64,000 bases of DNA from an uncultured Bacteroidia bacterium (GTDB lineage: Bacteria; Bacteroidota; Bacteroidia; NS11-12g; UBA955), in assembly GCA_943788195.1 (NCBI GenBank), contig CALSPH010000002.1, positions 294,294-358,293 of the forward strand, in the 5' to 3' direction. The notes beneath the pieces were generated by a model. That model ran no database searches. It was given only the letters and a program-made list of their open reading frames with translations, and was not told the origin of the DNA. Both the position numbers and the translations under genes were made by a program. Every line of letters begins with the position of its first letter. Position 1 is the first letter of the stretch. Positions 1 to 9,713 of this stretch are shown here, in pieces.

Positions 1-1039
1 CTGTAACATCAATTTTACACTTGGTAAAACAATATTTCAGGATTATTTCATGTGTATTGCGATGGTTGAAGTGTAGACTAGAAATATTCATGTCATACGC
101 ATAACCCAATCGAAGGTTTGGCATAAGGTATATCCCCAAAATTCCACTTACCGATTCCAAATTTTTGGTTGATAAACGGCTTGACATGCCCACTTGAATC
201 AATGGATTAATATCTGCCAATAGACCCATTGTGAGTGTTGGATTGGCGAAGTTAAAACGGTCCGATGTAAGGCTATCATGCCATATGCTTTTTTGATTGC
301 CCATTTGTGCTAATCCAAATGTGGTAAGAATGATCCCTGATCTTTTAATCATGGACTCCATATCAAAAGTTATGTATTGATGAAGACCCGGTGCCAGAGC
401 ATCAACATTGGCAAAACTAAACGGCCTGCCAGATACATTTTGTATAGCGTAACCAATATTTACATTGTGCTTCCCTTTGCTTGAATATGATATACCAAAG
501 CCATAATTGACATTATGTTTGGATGTACTTACTAGAGGAACTTTGGGATCAAAAGGGTCTTTATACACCAAACCATTGATATCAATAACCTTTTGCATCA
601 TACCCACATTGGCCCCTAAAGATAAAGTTGCTGCGGGTAAAGAAATGCGATAAGCCAAATCAGTCTTTAAATAATTGGTTTTCAAATACCCTGTTTCATC
701 TGCATAAAAAGAAAGCCCTGCCCCACCCGAAGAAATGCGTGATGTTTCACACCTCAACGGTATAGGCGCACCGTATGAGAAGCTAACGGTCTTTGCCCCT
801 TTGGCCCCTTCAAGGTGTGTTGGACCACCTGCATGGGTATTCAACAAAAAGGTTTGATCCTCGTATTGACTGTATTGTGTGCGTGTCAATAATGTTGCAC
901 AATGTCTTGCATTTTGTCCTGTAACCGCAGGATTAAACATTTGTTTGTTAAATAAAAATTGGGTGTATTGAGGATCTTGCTGGGCAGCACTCAGAATAGA
1001 TAAACTGAAACTAAGTACAGTGAGTAACGTTTTGTTCAT
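1..1039 (-). CDS. PorP/SprF family type IX secretion outer-membrane protein (3' end runs off window)
   Basis: Not in ORF track. Manual translation from ATG 1039: MNKTLLTVLSFSLSILSAAQQDPQYTQFLFNKQMFNPAVTG; same frame near position 1 gives NTHEIILKYCF. QDPQYTQ..NPA..G and THEI are PorP/SprF hallmarks. Confidence 0.9.
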   Translation of the reverse strand, partial: MNKTLLTVLSFSLSILSAAQQDPQYTQFLFNKQMFNPAVTGQNARHCATLLTRTQYSQYEDQTFLLNTHAGGPTHLEGAKGAKTVSFSYGAPIPLRCETSRISSGGAGLSFYADETGYLKTNYLKTDLAYRISLPAATLSLGANVGMMQKVIDINGLVYKDPFDPKVPLVSTSKHNVNYGFGISYSSKGKHNVNIGYAIQNVSGRPFSFANVDALAPGLHQYITFDMESMIKRSGIILTTFGLAQMGNQKSIWHDSLTSDRFNFANPTLTMGLLADINPLIQVGMSSRLSTKNLESVSGILGIYLMPNLRLGYAYDMNISSLHFNHRNTHEIILKYCFTKCKIDVT

Positions 1040-1122
1040 AGGTCTTAAATCATTACAGACCGTTCATGAGAAATGTCGTAGGTCTGTAATTCTAACGACC
1101 GAAGTACACTGAATATTATGTG

Positions 1123-1869
1123 CTACTTTTTCTGAGCTCGAATTATTAAGTTAGGTGTAAGTACCACATGCTTCGATGATCTCCCTGAAGCAAAAAGAAT
1201 CAGTTTAACACTTGAAGACTTTCTGAACCACAGCAGTTTTCTAACTAAATTCTTCAACGCACCCTTCACATACATATAGGATGGAAACACTTCCACATTT
1301 TTAAAATCTAATGAAAGCATTAGTTGTTCAGCAGCATTTTTATTCAAGAAATTTTCATGAGTAAAATCACCCATGGCAAACACGCTAGCCATTGGAGCGT
1401 CCATATTGGGAGTCCTAAAAATAGCCATCCCTCCTTTGCGAAGTGCTTTCTTGATGAGTTGAACCAAATCAACCAGCTCATCCTTTGTAAAATGCTCGAT
1501 GATATCCATCCCACTGATGACATCAAAAGCCGATTCATGCTTTTTCAAATAATCAAAAATATCCGCTTTAATCACTTCATGAACATTAAGCTGATGGGCA
1601 ATTTCAACTTGTTGGTCACTGATATCTATGCCAATTAAGTTTTTATACCCTTTTTTCTTACATGCCTCAATTAGGGATCCAATCCCACAACCCAAATCTA
1701 AAATTTCAATTTCCTTATTTTTTGCAGGCAAATAAGGAATCACTTCCTTTTGAAACTGATATTGTTCATCTAAAAACTTACGATTAACATCATCTTTATA
1801 ATTCCGACCGCTTTGGCGATCAAAATAGTCTTCATAGAAATATTTGCGATAGGACAACCCCATTTTCAA
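1123..1869 (-). CDS. Class I SAM-dependent methyltransferase
   Basis: ILDLGCGIG motif I, GIDIS, DIIEH, RTPN, DFTH; type often linked to surface glycan genes. Confidence 0.85.
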   Translation of the reverse strand: MKMGLSYRKYFYEDYFDRQSGRNYKDDVNRKFLDEQYQFQKEVIPYLPAKNKEIEILDLGCGIGSLIEACKKKGYKNLIGIDISDQQVEIAHQLNVHEVIKADIFDYLKKHESAFDVISGMDIIEHFTKDELVDLVQLIKKALRKGGMAIFRTPNMDAPMASVFAMGDFTHENFLNKNAAEQLMLSLDFKNVEVFPSYMYVKGALKNLVRKLLWFRKSSSVKLILFASGRSSKHVVLTPNLIIRAQKK

Positions 1870-1904
1870 GCCTGCGAAAATAGCCCTTTATTTGCCATAT
1901 AAAA

Positions 1905-2483
1905 ATGGGGCGACTAATATTTACCTATAAAGATTACAAAATTATTGCTGGAACAGACGAGGCAGGGCGTGGTTGTTTGGCCGGACCTGTAGTTGCAGCG
2001 GCTGTAGTACTTAGCAAACCGATCCCCGAATTAAACGATTCCAAAAAACTTTCAAAAAAAAGACGGAATGAACTGAGGAAGAAAATTGAAGAAAATGCGC
2101 TCAGTTTTCAAGTTGCTTTTGTCGATCATATTAAAATAGATGAAATTAACATATTGAATGCCTCGATACTGGCGATGCATCACGCAACATTAGGTTTACA
2201 AGTTAAACCTGAGATTCTTTTGGTTGATGGAAATCGATTCAAACCTTTGAAACAAATACCACATCAGACCATTATTAAGGGAGATGCAAAGTTTCAATGC
2301 ATCGCAGCTGCATCTATTCTTGCCAAAACATATCGCGATGATTATATGGATGCGATGCATGAACAATATCCCGAATATGGATGGGACACCAATGCAGGAT
2401 ACCCCACAGTTAAGCATAGAGAAGGAATCAAAGCGCATGGACCCACAAAAATCCATCGCATGACTTTTCGACTTTTACCTTAA
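1905..2483 (+). CDS. rnhB: Ribonuclease HII
   Basis: GTDEAGRGCLAGPVVAAAV, LNDSKKL, DGN, IKGDAKFQCIAAASILAKTYRD. Confidence 0.97.
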   Translation: MGRLIFTYKDYKIIAGTDEAGRGCLAGPVVAAAVVLSKPIPELNDSKKLSKKRRNELRKKIEENALSFQVAFVDHIKIDEINILNASILAMHHATLGLQVKPEILLVDGNRFKPLKQIPHQTIIKGDAKFQCIAAASILAKTYRDDYMDAMHEQYPEYGWDTNAGYPTVKHREGIKAHGPTKIHRMTFRLLP

Positions 2484-2503
2484 CAACTTCAGTAGTTATA
2501 AAT

Positions 2504-2511
2504 TATATTTG
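2504..2511 (+). promoter_or_regulatory. Bacteroidota -7 promoter box (TATATTTG) of rnpB
   Basis: Matches TAnnTTTG; ends 5 nt before the 5' arm of the RNase P P1 helix. Confidence 0.75.
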
Positions 2512-2515
2512 CCCC

Positions 2516-2893
2516 GCAACAGTTCGCTTTGTCGTCAGTCAGTTGACTGAAGGAAAGTCCGGGCAACACAGTGCAAATTGCTTCCTAACGGGAAGAGGGT
2601 TTTGAGTATTTAATATTCAAAATTCATAGCCAGTGCCGCAGAAAATAACTTTTCCATTTCGGTGGAATAAAGGTGAAAACGTGAGGTAAGAGCTCACGAT
2701 ATTTGGTGGTGACATTAAATATGGGTAAACCTCAGTTGTTGAAAGACCAAATATACTCTGGTTAAGAGTTGCACGCTCAAGCTTAGGCACCAGAGAGGGT
2801 AGGTTGATTGATTCCATGGGCAATCATGGAACTAGATAAATGACAAAGATGCTAATTTATTAGCATACAGAACCCGGCTTATAGAACTGTTGC
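2516..2893 (+). ncRNA. rnpB: RNase P RNA (bacterial type A)
   Basis: GGAAAGTCCGGGC (P4 5'), CAGTGCCGCAGAAA, AAGGTGAAAACGTGAGGTAAGAGCTCAC, GGTAAACC, ACAGAACCCGGCTTA (P4 3'); termini GCAACAGTTC/GAACTGTTGC pair as P1. Confidence 0.96.
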
Positions 2894-2897
2894 TTTT

Positions 2898-3836
2898 TTA
2901 TTTTGCTATGAAATTTACAATTTCAGGAGGCATTTCTTCCTGGATAAAGTGCTTCGCATTTTCCAGGATTAAGATATCTTCAGGTTTAATCTTCAATGCC
3001 TTGGTCACTTTTTCGGCCTGTTTTTCCCAAACCAATATCTTGTCATTCTTACCCCAAATCACTTTGGTATGAATATTTAAGGTATCCATCAAAGGAATGT
3101 AATCCGGCAACTTTTTAACGCATACATTGGAAAAAAACTGATATAACGCTCTATCTAACCGACCTTCGGTTGGCCCTATATACCCTTCTAGCATTTCCGG
3201 TGTACACATTTTTTTGTTGTTTAACCCATTCCCAATTGTAGCCTTCATGGTGCCTTTGCGAGACATATTTGAGGTGTAACTTTTAACATACAACTTGGAA
3301 ATCAAATTTCGTTTCATTTCCATGGGTGGATTAAACCCTTCTTGAGTAATAATGGTATTTAACAGTACCAAATTCGATACTTTCTTTGCATTTTGTTTCA
3401 ACATTTCCCAGGTCCAAAGGCCTCCTGCATCATGGCAAACATGAGTCCAAGAATCTATCTGCAAAGAATCCATCAGTTCCAGTAAATAAGACCCCATGTT
3501 GCCTGGATCATAAATATGATACCCTTTCGGTTTATCACTTTGCCCATAACCCAACATATCTGGAGCAATCACACGGTATCCTTTGGCAACTAGCTTATCA
3601 ATCATATTTCGATAAAGCCAAGAAGAAGTTGGGACACCATGTACTAACAAAATGCATTCTTGATTAGTGCTGCCTGCATCAATATATTTAATAACATATT
3701 GGTTGGAAAGCAATAGCGATTCCTGCCGTGCAATAAATCTACTATATCCTGAATTTGTGGTCATACTAGGCTGTGTATGCTTGCAAGATAGAACAAAAAA
3801 TAACCCAAAAAGAAATAAGATCAGTCTTGATGACAT
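2898..3836 (-). CDS. Alpha/beta hydrolase, haloalkane-dehalogenase-like, predicted lipoprotein
   Basis: HGVPTSSWLYRNMI, APDMLGYGQSDKP, nucleophile elbow HDAGG, C-terminal HFIQEE; lipobox VLSC. Confidence 0.8.
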   Translation of the reverse strand: MSSRLILFLFGLFFVLSCKHTQPSMTTNSGYSRFIARQESLLLSNQYVIKYIDAGSTNQECILLVHGVPTSSWLYRNMIDKLVAKGYRVIAPDMLGYGQSDKPKGYHIYDPGNMGSYLLELMDSLQIDSWTHVCHDAGGLWTWEMLKQNAKKVSNLVLLNTIITQEGFNPPMEMKRNLISKLYVKSYTSNMSRKGTMKATIGNGLNNKKMCTPEMLEGYIGPTEGRLDRALYQFFSNVCVKKLPDYIPLMDTLNIHTKVIWGKNDKILVWEKQAEKVTKALKIKPEDILILENAKHFIQEEMPPEIVNFIAK

Positions 3837-3839
3837 GAT

Positions 3840-5129
3840 CTATAAACTCCAATACTCTAATTCGTTGATTTTATCTCGATAAATACCCTTTAAATCTAAA
3901 AGAAAGGCATGTTCATTGCAAATGCTTTTAAACCATGATTGCGGCTTGTTTTTATATTCATCGTGTGCTACAGCCAAAATTATCCCATCATATCCAGAAG
4001 TTATTTCATCCGCTAAACTAAAGCCGTATTCTTCCTGAACATCATGACTGCTTGCATGCGGGTCTGCCACTTCAACATTCACTGAAAAAGATTTCAGTTC
4101 ATTCACAATATCTACTATTTTACTATTTCGAATATCAGACACGTTTTCTTTAAACGTAGCCCCCATGATTAGAATCTTCGACTGACGAATCTGTTTATCA
4201 TTTCCAATCAATTTTTTAATACTCACTTTGGCAATATGTGCCCCCATCATATCATTGGTGAACCTACCTGCTGCAATTACTCTAGGATGAATCCCTAATT
4301 CTGTTGCTCTGTATGTTAAATAATATGGATCAACCCCGATACAATGCCCACCTACTAAACCAGGATAGAACTTAAGAAAATTCCATTTGGTTCCAGCAGC
4401 TTCAATCACATCATATGTATTGATATTCATTTTATCAAAGATTAATGAAAGTTCATTCATCAAACTTATATTCAAATCACGTTGGGTATTTTCAACAATT
4501 TTTGCTGCCTCAGCCACCTTGATGGTGGGAGCCTCATGTATCCCGGCTTCAATAATAGAACCATACAAATCTGAAATGTTCCGCAAAGACTCTTTGTCAC
4601 AACCGCTTACAATTTTCGTTATTTTAGTAATGGTATTTACTTTGTCGCCCGGATTAATACGCTCTGGGGAATAGCCCACCTTAAAATCTTCAGGAAAACT
4701 CAGTTTGCTATATTTTTCAATAACAGGGATGCAGTCTTCCTCAGTACAACCTGGGTAAACTGTAGATTCATAAACCACATAATCTCCTTTGCTGATTACC
4801 TTACCTACTGCTTTTGATGCAGATTGAAGTGGCTTTAAGTCTGGATTTTTTCCATCGTCAATTGGCGTAGGCACGGCCACAATGTAAAAACTTGCTGCTT
4901 CTAAATCTTCCAATTGATCAGTAAAGACAATGTCCTTGTTTTTGAATTCATCTGATTCAATTTCCTTGCTAGGGTCTTCGTGGTTCTTGAGCATATCAAT
5001 TCGTTTAGAATTAATATCGAAACCGATAACCTTGTAGTGTTTTGCAAATTCAAGGGCAATTGGCAAGCCAACATAACCCATTCCGATTACACAGATTTGT
5101 TTGGTTTTATCTTTTATAGATTGAAACAT
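3840..5129 (-). CDS. UDP-N-acetylhexosamine 6-dehydrogenase (TviB/WbpO-like nucleotide-sugar dehydrogenase)
   Basis: GMGYVGLP, VPTP, YESTVYPG, SPERINPGD, PGLVGGHCIGVDPYY, FKENVSDIRNSK. Confidence 0.92.
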   Translation of the reverse strand: MFQSIKDKTKQICVIGMGYVGLPIALEFAKHYKVIGFDINSKRIDMLKNHEDPSKEIESDEFKNKDIVFTDQLEDLEAASFYIVAVPTPIDDGKNPDLKPLQSASKAVGKVISKGDYVVYESTVYPGCTEEDCIPVIEKYSKLSFPEDFKVGYSPERINPGDKVNTITKITKIVSGCDKESLRNISDLYGSIIEAGIHEAPTIKVAEAAKIVENTQRDLNISLMNELSLIFDKMNINTYDVIEAAGTKWNFLKFYPGLVGGHCIGVDPYYLTYRATELGIHPRVIAAGRFTNDMMGAHIAKVSIKKLIGNDKQIRQSKILIMGATFKENVSDIRNSKIVDIVNELKSFSVNVEVADPHASSHDVQEEYGFSLADEITSGYDGIILAVAHDEYKNKPQSWFKSICNEHAFLLDLKGIYRDKINELEYWSL

Positions 5130-5235
5130 GGACTAAAAATAAGGCGCAAAAATAGACCTTTGATTTTGATTAAGCAACAAAGCCTTTTCAACCATTGTTA
5201 TTTCTAACAATATTCTAACTTTGCACTAATAATTA

Positions 5236-5820
5236 ATGATTTATAGATTTAAAATAAGATTTGAGGACGAAGAGGATTTTGTATCTATCGTTGAGGTGAA
5301 CACCAAACATTCGTTCTTCCATTTGCATGATATAATGCAAACTGCAATTGGTTTTAATAAAAAGCAAGATGCCTCAATTTTTACATCCAATGACAACTGG
5401 AAACCTTTGAAAGAATTCAGTATCCCTTCTAACTACAATGAACTGATTGAAAAGGGAGAAAAACTCCCCTTGATTTCAGCCCATATTTTCGATCCATATC
5501 AAAAATTCATTTATATAGCGGATAAAGAGAATGAATGGGTGTTGGAAGTGGAGTTAATGCGTATTGCAGATGACGAGCAGAATGTAAAATATCCTAACGT
5601 TAAACGTACGGAAGGTTTTCCTCCACGTCAATTCGTTGCAGAGCCTATTATTGATGATGAGCCAAGTGCTGACATTGTGGATGAATTAGCTGCAATGCCT
5701 TCTTTTGATTCAATTGTCCCTAATCTTGATAAGGACAAGACCAAAACGGAGAATTCAGAATTAGACGAATTTCCAGACTTGGGTGATATTGACGAAATTG
5801 ATTTTAGCGAAGAGCTTTAG
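5236..5820 (+). CDS. pRiA4b ORF-3-like (TnpR-passenger family) protein with acidic tail
   Basis: YRFKIRFED..LHDIM..AIGF..ASIFTSNDNW..QKFIYIAD..W..EVEL..YP pattern; D/E-rich C-terminus; upstream of miaA. Confidence 0.65.
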   Translation: MIYRFKIRFEDEEDFVSIVEVNTKHSFFHLHDIMQTAIGFNKKQDASIFTSNDNWKPLKEFSIPSNYNELIEKGEKLPLISAHIFDPYQKFIYIADKENEWVLEVELMRIADDEQNVKYPNVKRTEGFPPRQFVAEPIIDDEPSADIVDELAAMPSFDSIVPNLDKDKTKTENSELDEFPDLGDIDEIDFSEEL

Positions 5821-5822
5821 GT

Positions 5823-6695
5823 ATGCCTAAGGCAATTATTATAGTCGGACCCACAGCAATAGGAAAATCAGGTTTAGCTGAAAAAATCGCACTTGAGAAT
5901 CAACTGCCAATCGTCTCTGCAGATTCAAGACAACTTTATAAAGAACTTAATATTGGGGTAGCAAAACCAGAATCTTCTGTTTTAGCATTAATCCAGCACG
6001 TAGAAATTGGTTCAATAAACATACAAGATGAAAATGACGTTGCATTTTACTGTAAGCGTGTAAGTGAACAGTTACGAACCATTGATGGTGATATTTTAGT
6101 TGTTGGTGGCACTGGGTTTTATATCAAAGCATTAATTGAAGGATTAGAAGACTTGCCTCCAAAAAATGATGAACTCAGAAAAAGATTAGAAAAGGGTTAT
6201 CAATCAGCAGGTATTTCCTATTTACAAGATCAATATTCAAAAATATCCCAACCATACCGCCTCAAGGATATGAATAATCCGCATCGTCTTATTCGTGCTA
6301 TTGAAATGGGCGAAAAAAAGGAGAATAAACGTTCCAAAGCAGCGCTGCATAATTACGAAATAACCATGGTGGGTCTTCAAATGTCCCGAGAAAAACTATA
6401 TCATAGTATAGACCTGCGCGTAGATCAAATGATAGAAAACGGTTTGGTTGAAGAGGCGCGAGAATTAATCCCATACAAGAATTTGCAGGCACTTCAAACC
6501 GTAGGTTACAGTGAATTATTTGATTATTTCGAAGGCATTTATAATTTAGAATTTGCTGTAGATAAAATCAAGCAGCATACACGAAACTATGCCAAAAGGC
6601 AAATAACGTACTTCTCAAATCAACTAGATGTCACCTGGTTTGATGCAGAAGAAACTGAAAAATTAAATACATTTGTTTCAAATAAACTATCATGA
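5823..6695 (+). CDS. miaA: tRNA dimethylallyltransferase
   Basis: GPTAIGKS, SADSRQLY, VGGTGFY, QTVGYSE, TRNYAKRQ. Confidence 0.96.
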   Translation: MPKAIIIVGPTAIGKSGLAEKIALENQLPIVSADSRQLYKELNIGVAKPESSVLALIQHVEIGSINIQDENDVAFYCKRVSEQLRTIDGDILVVGGTGFYIKALIEGLEDLPPKNDELRKRLEKGYQSAGISYLQDQYSKISQPYRLKDMNNPHRLIRAIEMGEKKENKRSKAALHNYEITMVGLQMSREKLYHSIDLRVDQMIENGLVEEARELIPYKNLQALQTVGYSELFDYFEGIYNLEFAVDKIKQHTRNYAKRQITYFSNQLDVTWFDAEETEKLNTFVSNKLS

Positions 6696-7459
6696 ATTTT
6701 GACTTTGCTTTATTGCTGGACCTAAATAATTTGGTCAGCTTACTTACGCTAACCTTTCTAGAAATTGTTCTTGGTATAGATAATATTTTATTTGTTAGCA
6801 TTATATCAGCTCGGGTTGAAGACAAGCATAGAAGAAAAGCAGCGAACTTAGGTTTAGGTTTAGCACTAGTTATGCGGATCATCTTTCTATTTATAATCGG
6901 ATTGATTATTCATTCGGCAAATTTGGTTTTATTTACAATTCCTGTTGACTTTCCTGGTGCCGATATCAGCATTAAAGATCTCATCGTTTTTTTGGGAGGT
7001 GTTTTTCTTATTTATAAAAGTGTTACTGAAATTCATGATAAGGTAACGGGTTCTGGTATCGCGAATGAAGCAGCAACGGTTACCCTAACATGGGGCAAAG
7101 CGATTGTTCAAATAGCCATGATTAATCTTGTGTTTTCTTTGGATAGTATCATCACTGCCATTGGTTTAGCAGGTGATAACATAGCAATTATGTTTGTTGC
7201 CGTAGTGGTGTCAATGGTGGTCATGATTATTATTACCAACCCATTAAGCAAATTCGTTGAAAAGCATCCTACTATCAAAATTTTGGCTTTAAGTTTTCTA
7301 CTAATGATTGGTGTGTTGCTGGTAGCAGAATCATTTGAGCAACATATCAATAAAGGGTATATCTACTTCTCGATTGCTTTTGCCCTCTTGGTTGAGTTTT
7401 TAAATATTGCTTATCGCAGAAAAAAGGCAGGAAAAGGAAATGTCATCAGCAAGAACTAG
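6692..7459 (+). CDS. TerC family integral membrane protein
   Basis: LEIVLGIDNI, VFSLDSIITAIG, HPTIKILALSFLLMIG, KGYIYF. Confidence 0.92.
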   Translation: MNFDFALLLDLNNLVSLLTLTFLEIVLGIDNILFVSIISARVEDKHRRKAANLGLGLALVMRIIFLFIIGLIIHSANLVLFTIPVDFPGADISIKDLIVFLGGVFLIYKSVTEIHDKVTGSGIANEAATVTLTWGKAIVQIAMINLVFSLDSIITAIGLAGDNIAIMFVAVVVSMVVMIIITNPLSKFVEKHPTIKILALSFLLMIGVLLVAESFEQHINKGYIYFSIAFALLVEFLNIAYRRKKAGKGNVISKN

Positions 7460-9639
7460 AAGGTTCGGCTCAGTAACTCTCCAAAGGCCACTAAGTTCTT
7501 TAGACCATCCATATTGGCGAGTTTAAAGTCTCTAAAGATCAACAATTCTCTGCCATTAGATTCAATGTAATAGGCTTTCTGTGCGCTTAAGGTTTGGATT
7601 AAATCTGGGGTGAAAAAAGATTCAAGCTCTTGGCGGTTGTTGCCAATAATTTGAACTTCATCATCCAAAGCACTAAAATGTATTTGAGCATCCGTTCGAA
7701 AAGCGAAATCTCTAATACGATCATATAGTGAGAAATTTTCAATGGAAAATTGGGGTATTTCTTTACCCATCTTAAATGATAAAGCTGTGGTGCGCAAAGA
7801 GTCCTGCGCACTAAGTTCGCCCTCATGGAAAAGTACGTCTGCAACTTCAAATTGAATTCCATTTTCCCAAAACCCATCAATTCGATTGAACCGATACTCA
7901 AAAGGTCGAGTCTTGAAGTATGGGAATGTTTGATAATGACCTATGTGATAATCTGGCTCTGGGGTAAAATTGAACTTTCTATTTAATGAATACCGTTTAA
8001 GACGTATTTGGCGTTGGGTATGGAGTGAATTCTTTTTCCAAGTAGTTTCAAGCAAGTGCAAGGCTGTGGGATGTGGAGATGAAGAATGATGATTCTCTAA
8101 ACCAGTAATATCAAGATACCCCCCCTTTTTCTCATGCAATAAGCTTTGCTCATTCAAATATTCCAATACGGTACGGTCTACTACTTGGGTCTCCGACAAA
8201 TCAATCTTAGCTGAAGCATTTGCGGGTATCAAGTCAATTTGTTTTTGAATTTTGAGTAAGCTAATAAAATTAATAACTCCTTTCATTTTTAAAACAAATC
8301 GATCTTTTCCTTCTTTTAGTTTGATGTATGGATGCTTACTCGACTTCCAAAACTTAACCAATGTGGTATCTGCCAGAAAAAAGGAGAGTAAAAAGTCCAT
8401 CACAGTACCAACAATAATTCCAGTTAAAAGGCCATATCTCAGAGTAGCATAAAATGTTATCGTAAAAATCACAAGTTGCTCCCATCCTTTTTTAAAGGCT
8501 TTTCTAAAAATTCGAGGCGCACATAGTCGGTAACCGGCCACCACTAACACTGCTGCAAGCGCTTCTTTTGGCAGTAAGTTGATAAAAGGTATGGCAACAA
8601 TCAACATGATTGCCAACACAAGACCATGACTAAAATTGGAAAATCTTGTCATTCCGCCAACGTGCACATTCACACTACTTCTAGCAATAACAGTAATTGC
8701 AGGCATACCACCAATAAGAGAAGACACTGCAGTTGTAAAACCACTTGAGCTCAGATCTTTATCAAGATTTGTTTTTCTACTTAAGGGATCGATTTTATCA
8801 ATTGCCTTGGCGCTTAATAGGTTTTCAACCAATAAAATAATAAATATATTAAATGCTTGAATCCAAAATGCGAAGGTTTCAAGTCCTTTAAAGTTGGGTA
8901 AATTAAAATTTGCAAATGCATTTTTATCAATATTAATCAATAGATTATCGCCAACTTGAGCATTCATTCCTAAGAACGAAACTACTTTATTATGTTGTAA
9001 TCCAAATATCAAAACTATGGCCACATTTATCAAAAGCACCCAGATTGCAGCAGGAATAGTGCGCACTGTTTTAGATGGAACTTTCTTGTGATAGATTAAT
9101 ATGGCGATACTAATGACCCCGAGAATAAATGATATGGGATTTGCTTCAGTGATTTTACTTGGAATCTCAGCAAGCGCATCTACAGGGCTTAACGCATTAG
9201 ATGTATAACCAAACAATTCATCCATTTGCTTCACGACAATTATAAATCCAATGCCGGCTAATAATCCATTTATGGCTCCAGAAGGAAGAATTTGGGCATA
9301 ATTACCAAGTCGCAAAACACCTGTGAGAATTAATAATACGCCAGCGAAAAAAGTGCACGTTAAGAGCACTGCAAGGGGATTTTCATATAACCCACTTTCA
9401 CTAAATACAGAATAAGCAAAAATCAAGGCAACAATTGACCCTGCACCTGGACCTTTAATACCCACATGGGTGCCTCCAAGGACAAAACCCAACAATCCGC
9501 CTACTATTGCAGCGAAAATCCCTGCCTGTATCGGATACCCAACTGCGAGTGCAATCCCCATGGACAGTGGCAATGCCACAAAACTGACACTTAAACCTGC
9601 CAGTATATCTAATTTCCAATATTTAAAAATGTTCTTCAA
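7456..9639 (-). CDS. SulP/SLC26 anion (sulfate/bicarbonate) transporter with STAS domain and extra C-terminal domain
   Basis: DILAGLSVSFVALPLSMGIALA, IKGPGAG, GGMPAITVIARSSVN; STAS-like IDLSETQVVDRTVLE. Confidence 0.9.
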   Translation of the reverse strand: MKNIFKYWKLDILAGLSVSFVALPLSMGIALAVGYPIQAGIFAAIVGGLLGFVLGGTHVGIKGPGAGSIVALIFAYSVFSESGLYENPLAVLLTCTFFAGVLLILTGVLRLGNYAQILPSGAINGLLAGIGFIIVVKQMDELFGYTSNALSPVDALAEIPSKITEANPISFILGVISIAILIYHKKVPSKTVRTIPAAIWVLLINVAIVLIFGLQHNKVVSFLGMNAQVGDNLLINIDKNAFANFNLPNFKGLETFAFWIQAFNIFIILLVENLLSAKAIDKIDPLSRKTNLDKDLSSSGFTTAVSSLIGGMPAITVIARSSVNVHVGGMTRFSNFSHGLVLAIMLIVAIPFINLLPKEALAAVLVVAGYRLCAPRIFRKAFKKGWEQLVIFTITFYATLRYGLLTGIIVGTVMDFLLSFFLADTTLVKFWKSSKHPYIKLKEGKDRFVLKMKGVINFISLLKIQKQIDLIPANASAKIDLSETQVVDRTVLEYLNEQSLLHEKKGGYLDITGLENHHSSSPHPTALHLLETTWKKNSLHTQRQIRLKRYSLNRKFNFTPEPDYHIGHYQTFPYFKTRPFEYRFNRIDGFWENGIQFEVADVLFHEGELSAQDSLRTTALSFKMGKEIPQFSIENFSLYDRIRDFAFRTDAQIHFSALDDEVQIIGNNRQELESFFTPDLIQTLSAQKAYYIESNGRELLIFRDFKLANMDGLKNLVAFGELLSRTF

Positions 9640-9713
9640 ATTGCAACGATGCCCTAAGAACGCAAAGAAAACCCTTTTCGCGAAAAAATTACTATTAAGC
9701 CAAGTAAACCTAT

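Noticed and set aside
2617-2823. 68-aa minus-strand ORF
   Set aside because: Lies antisense within the RNase P RNA gene.
5236-5820. Mobile element implied by the pRiA4b/TnpR-like protein
   Set aside because: No transposase, IRs or TSD; it is co-oriented and tightly linked with miaA.
6692-7459. Tellurite-resistance island
   Set aside because: Single TerC gene with no other ter genes.
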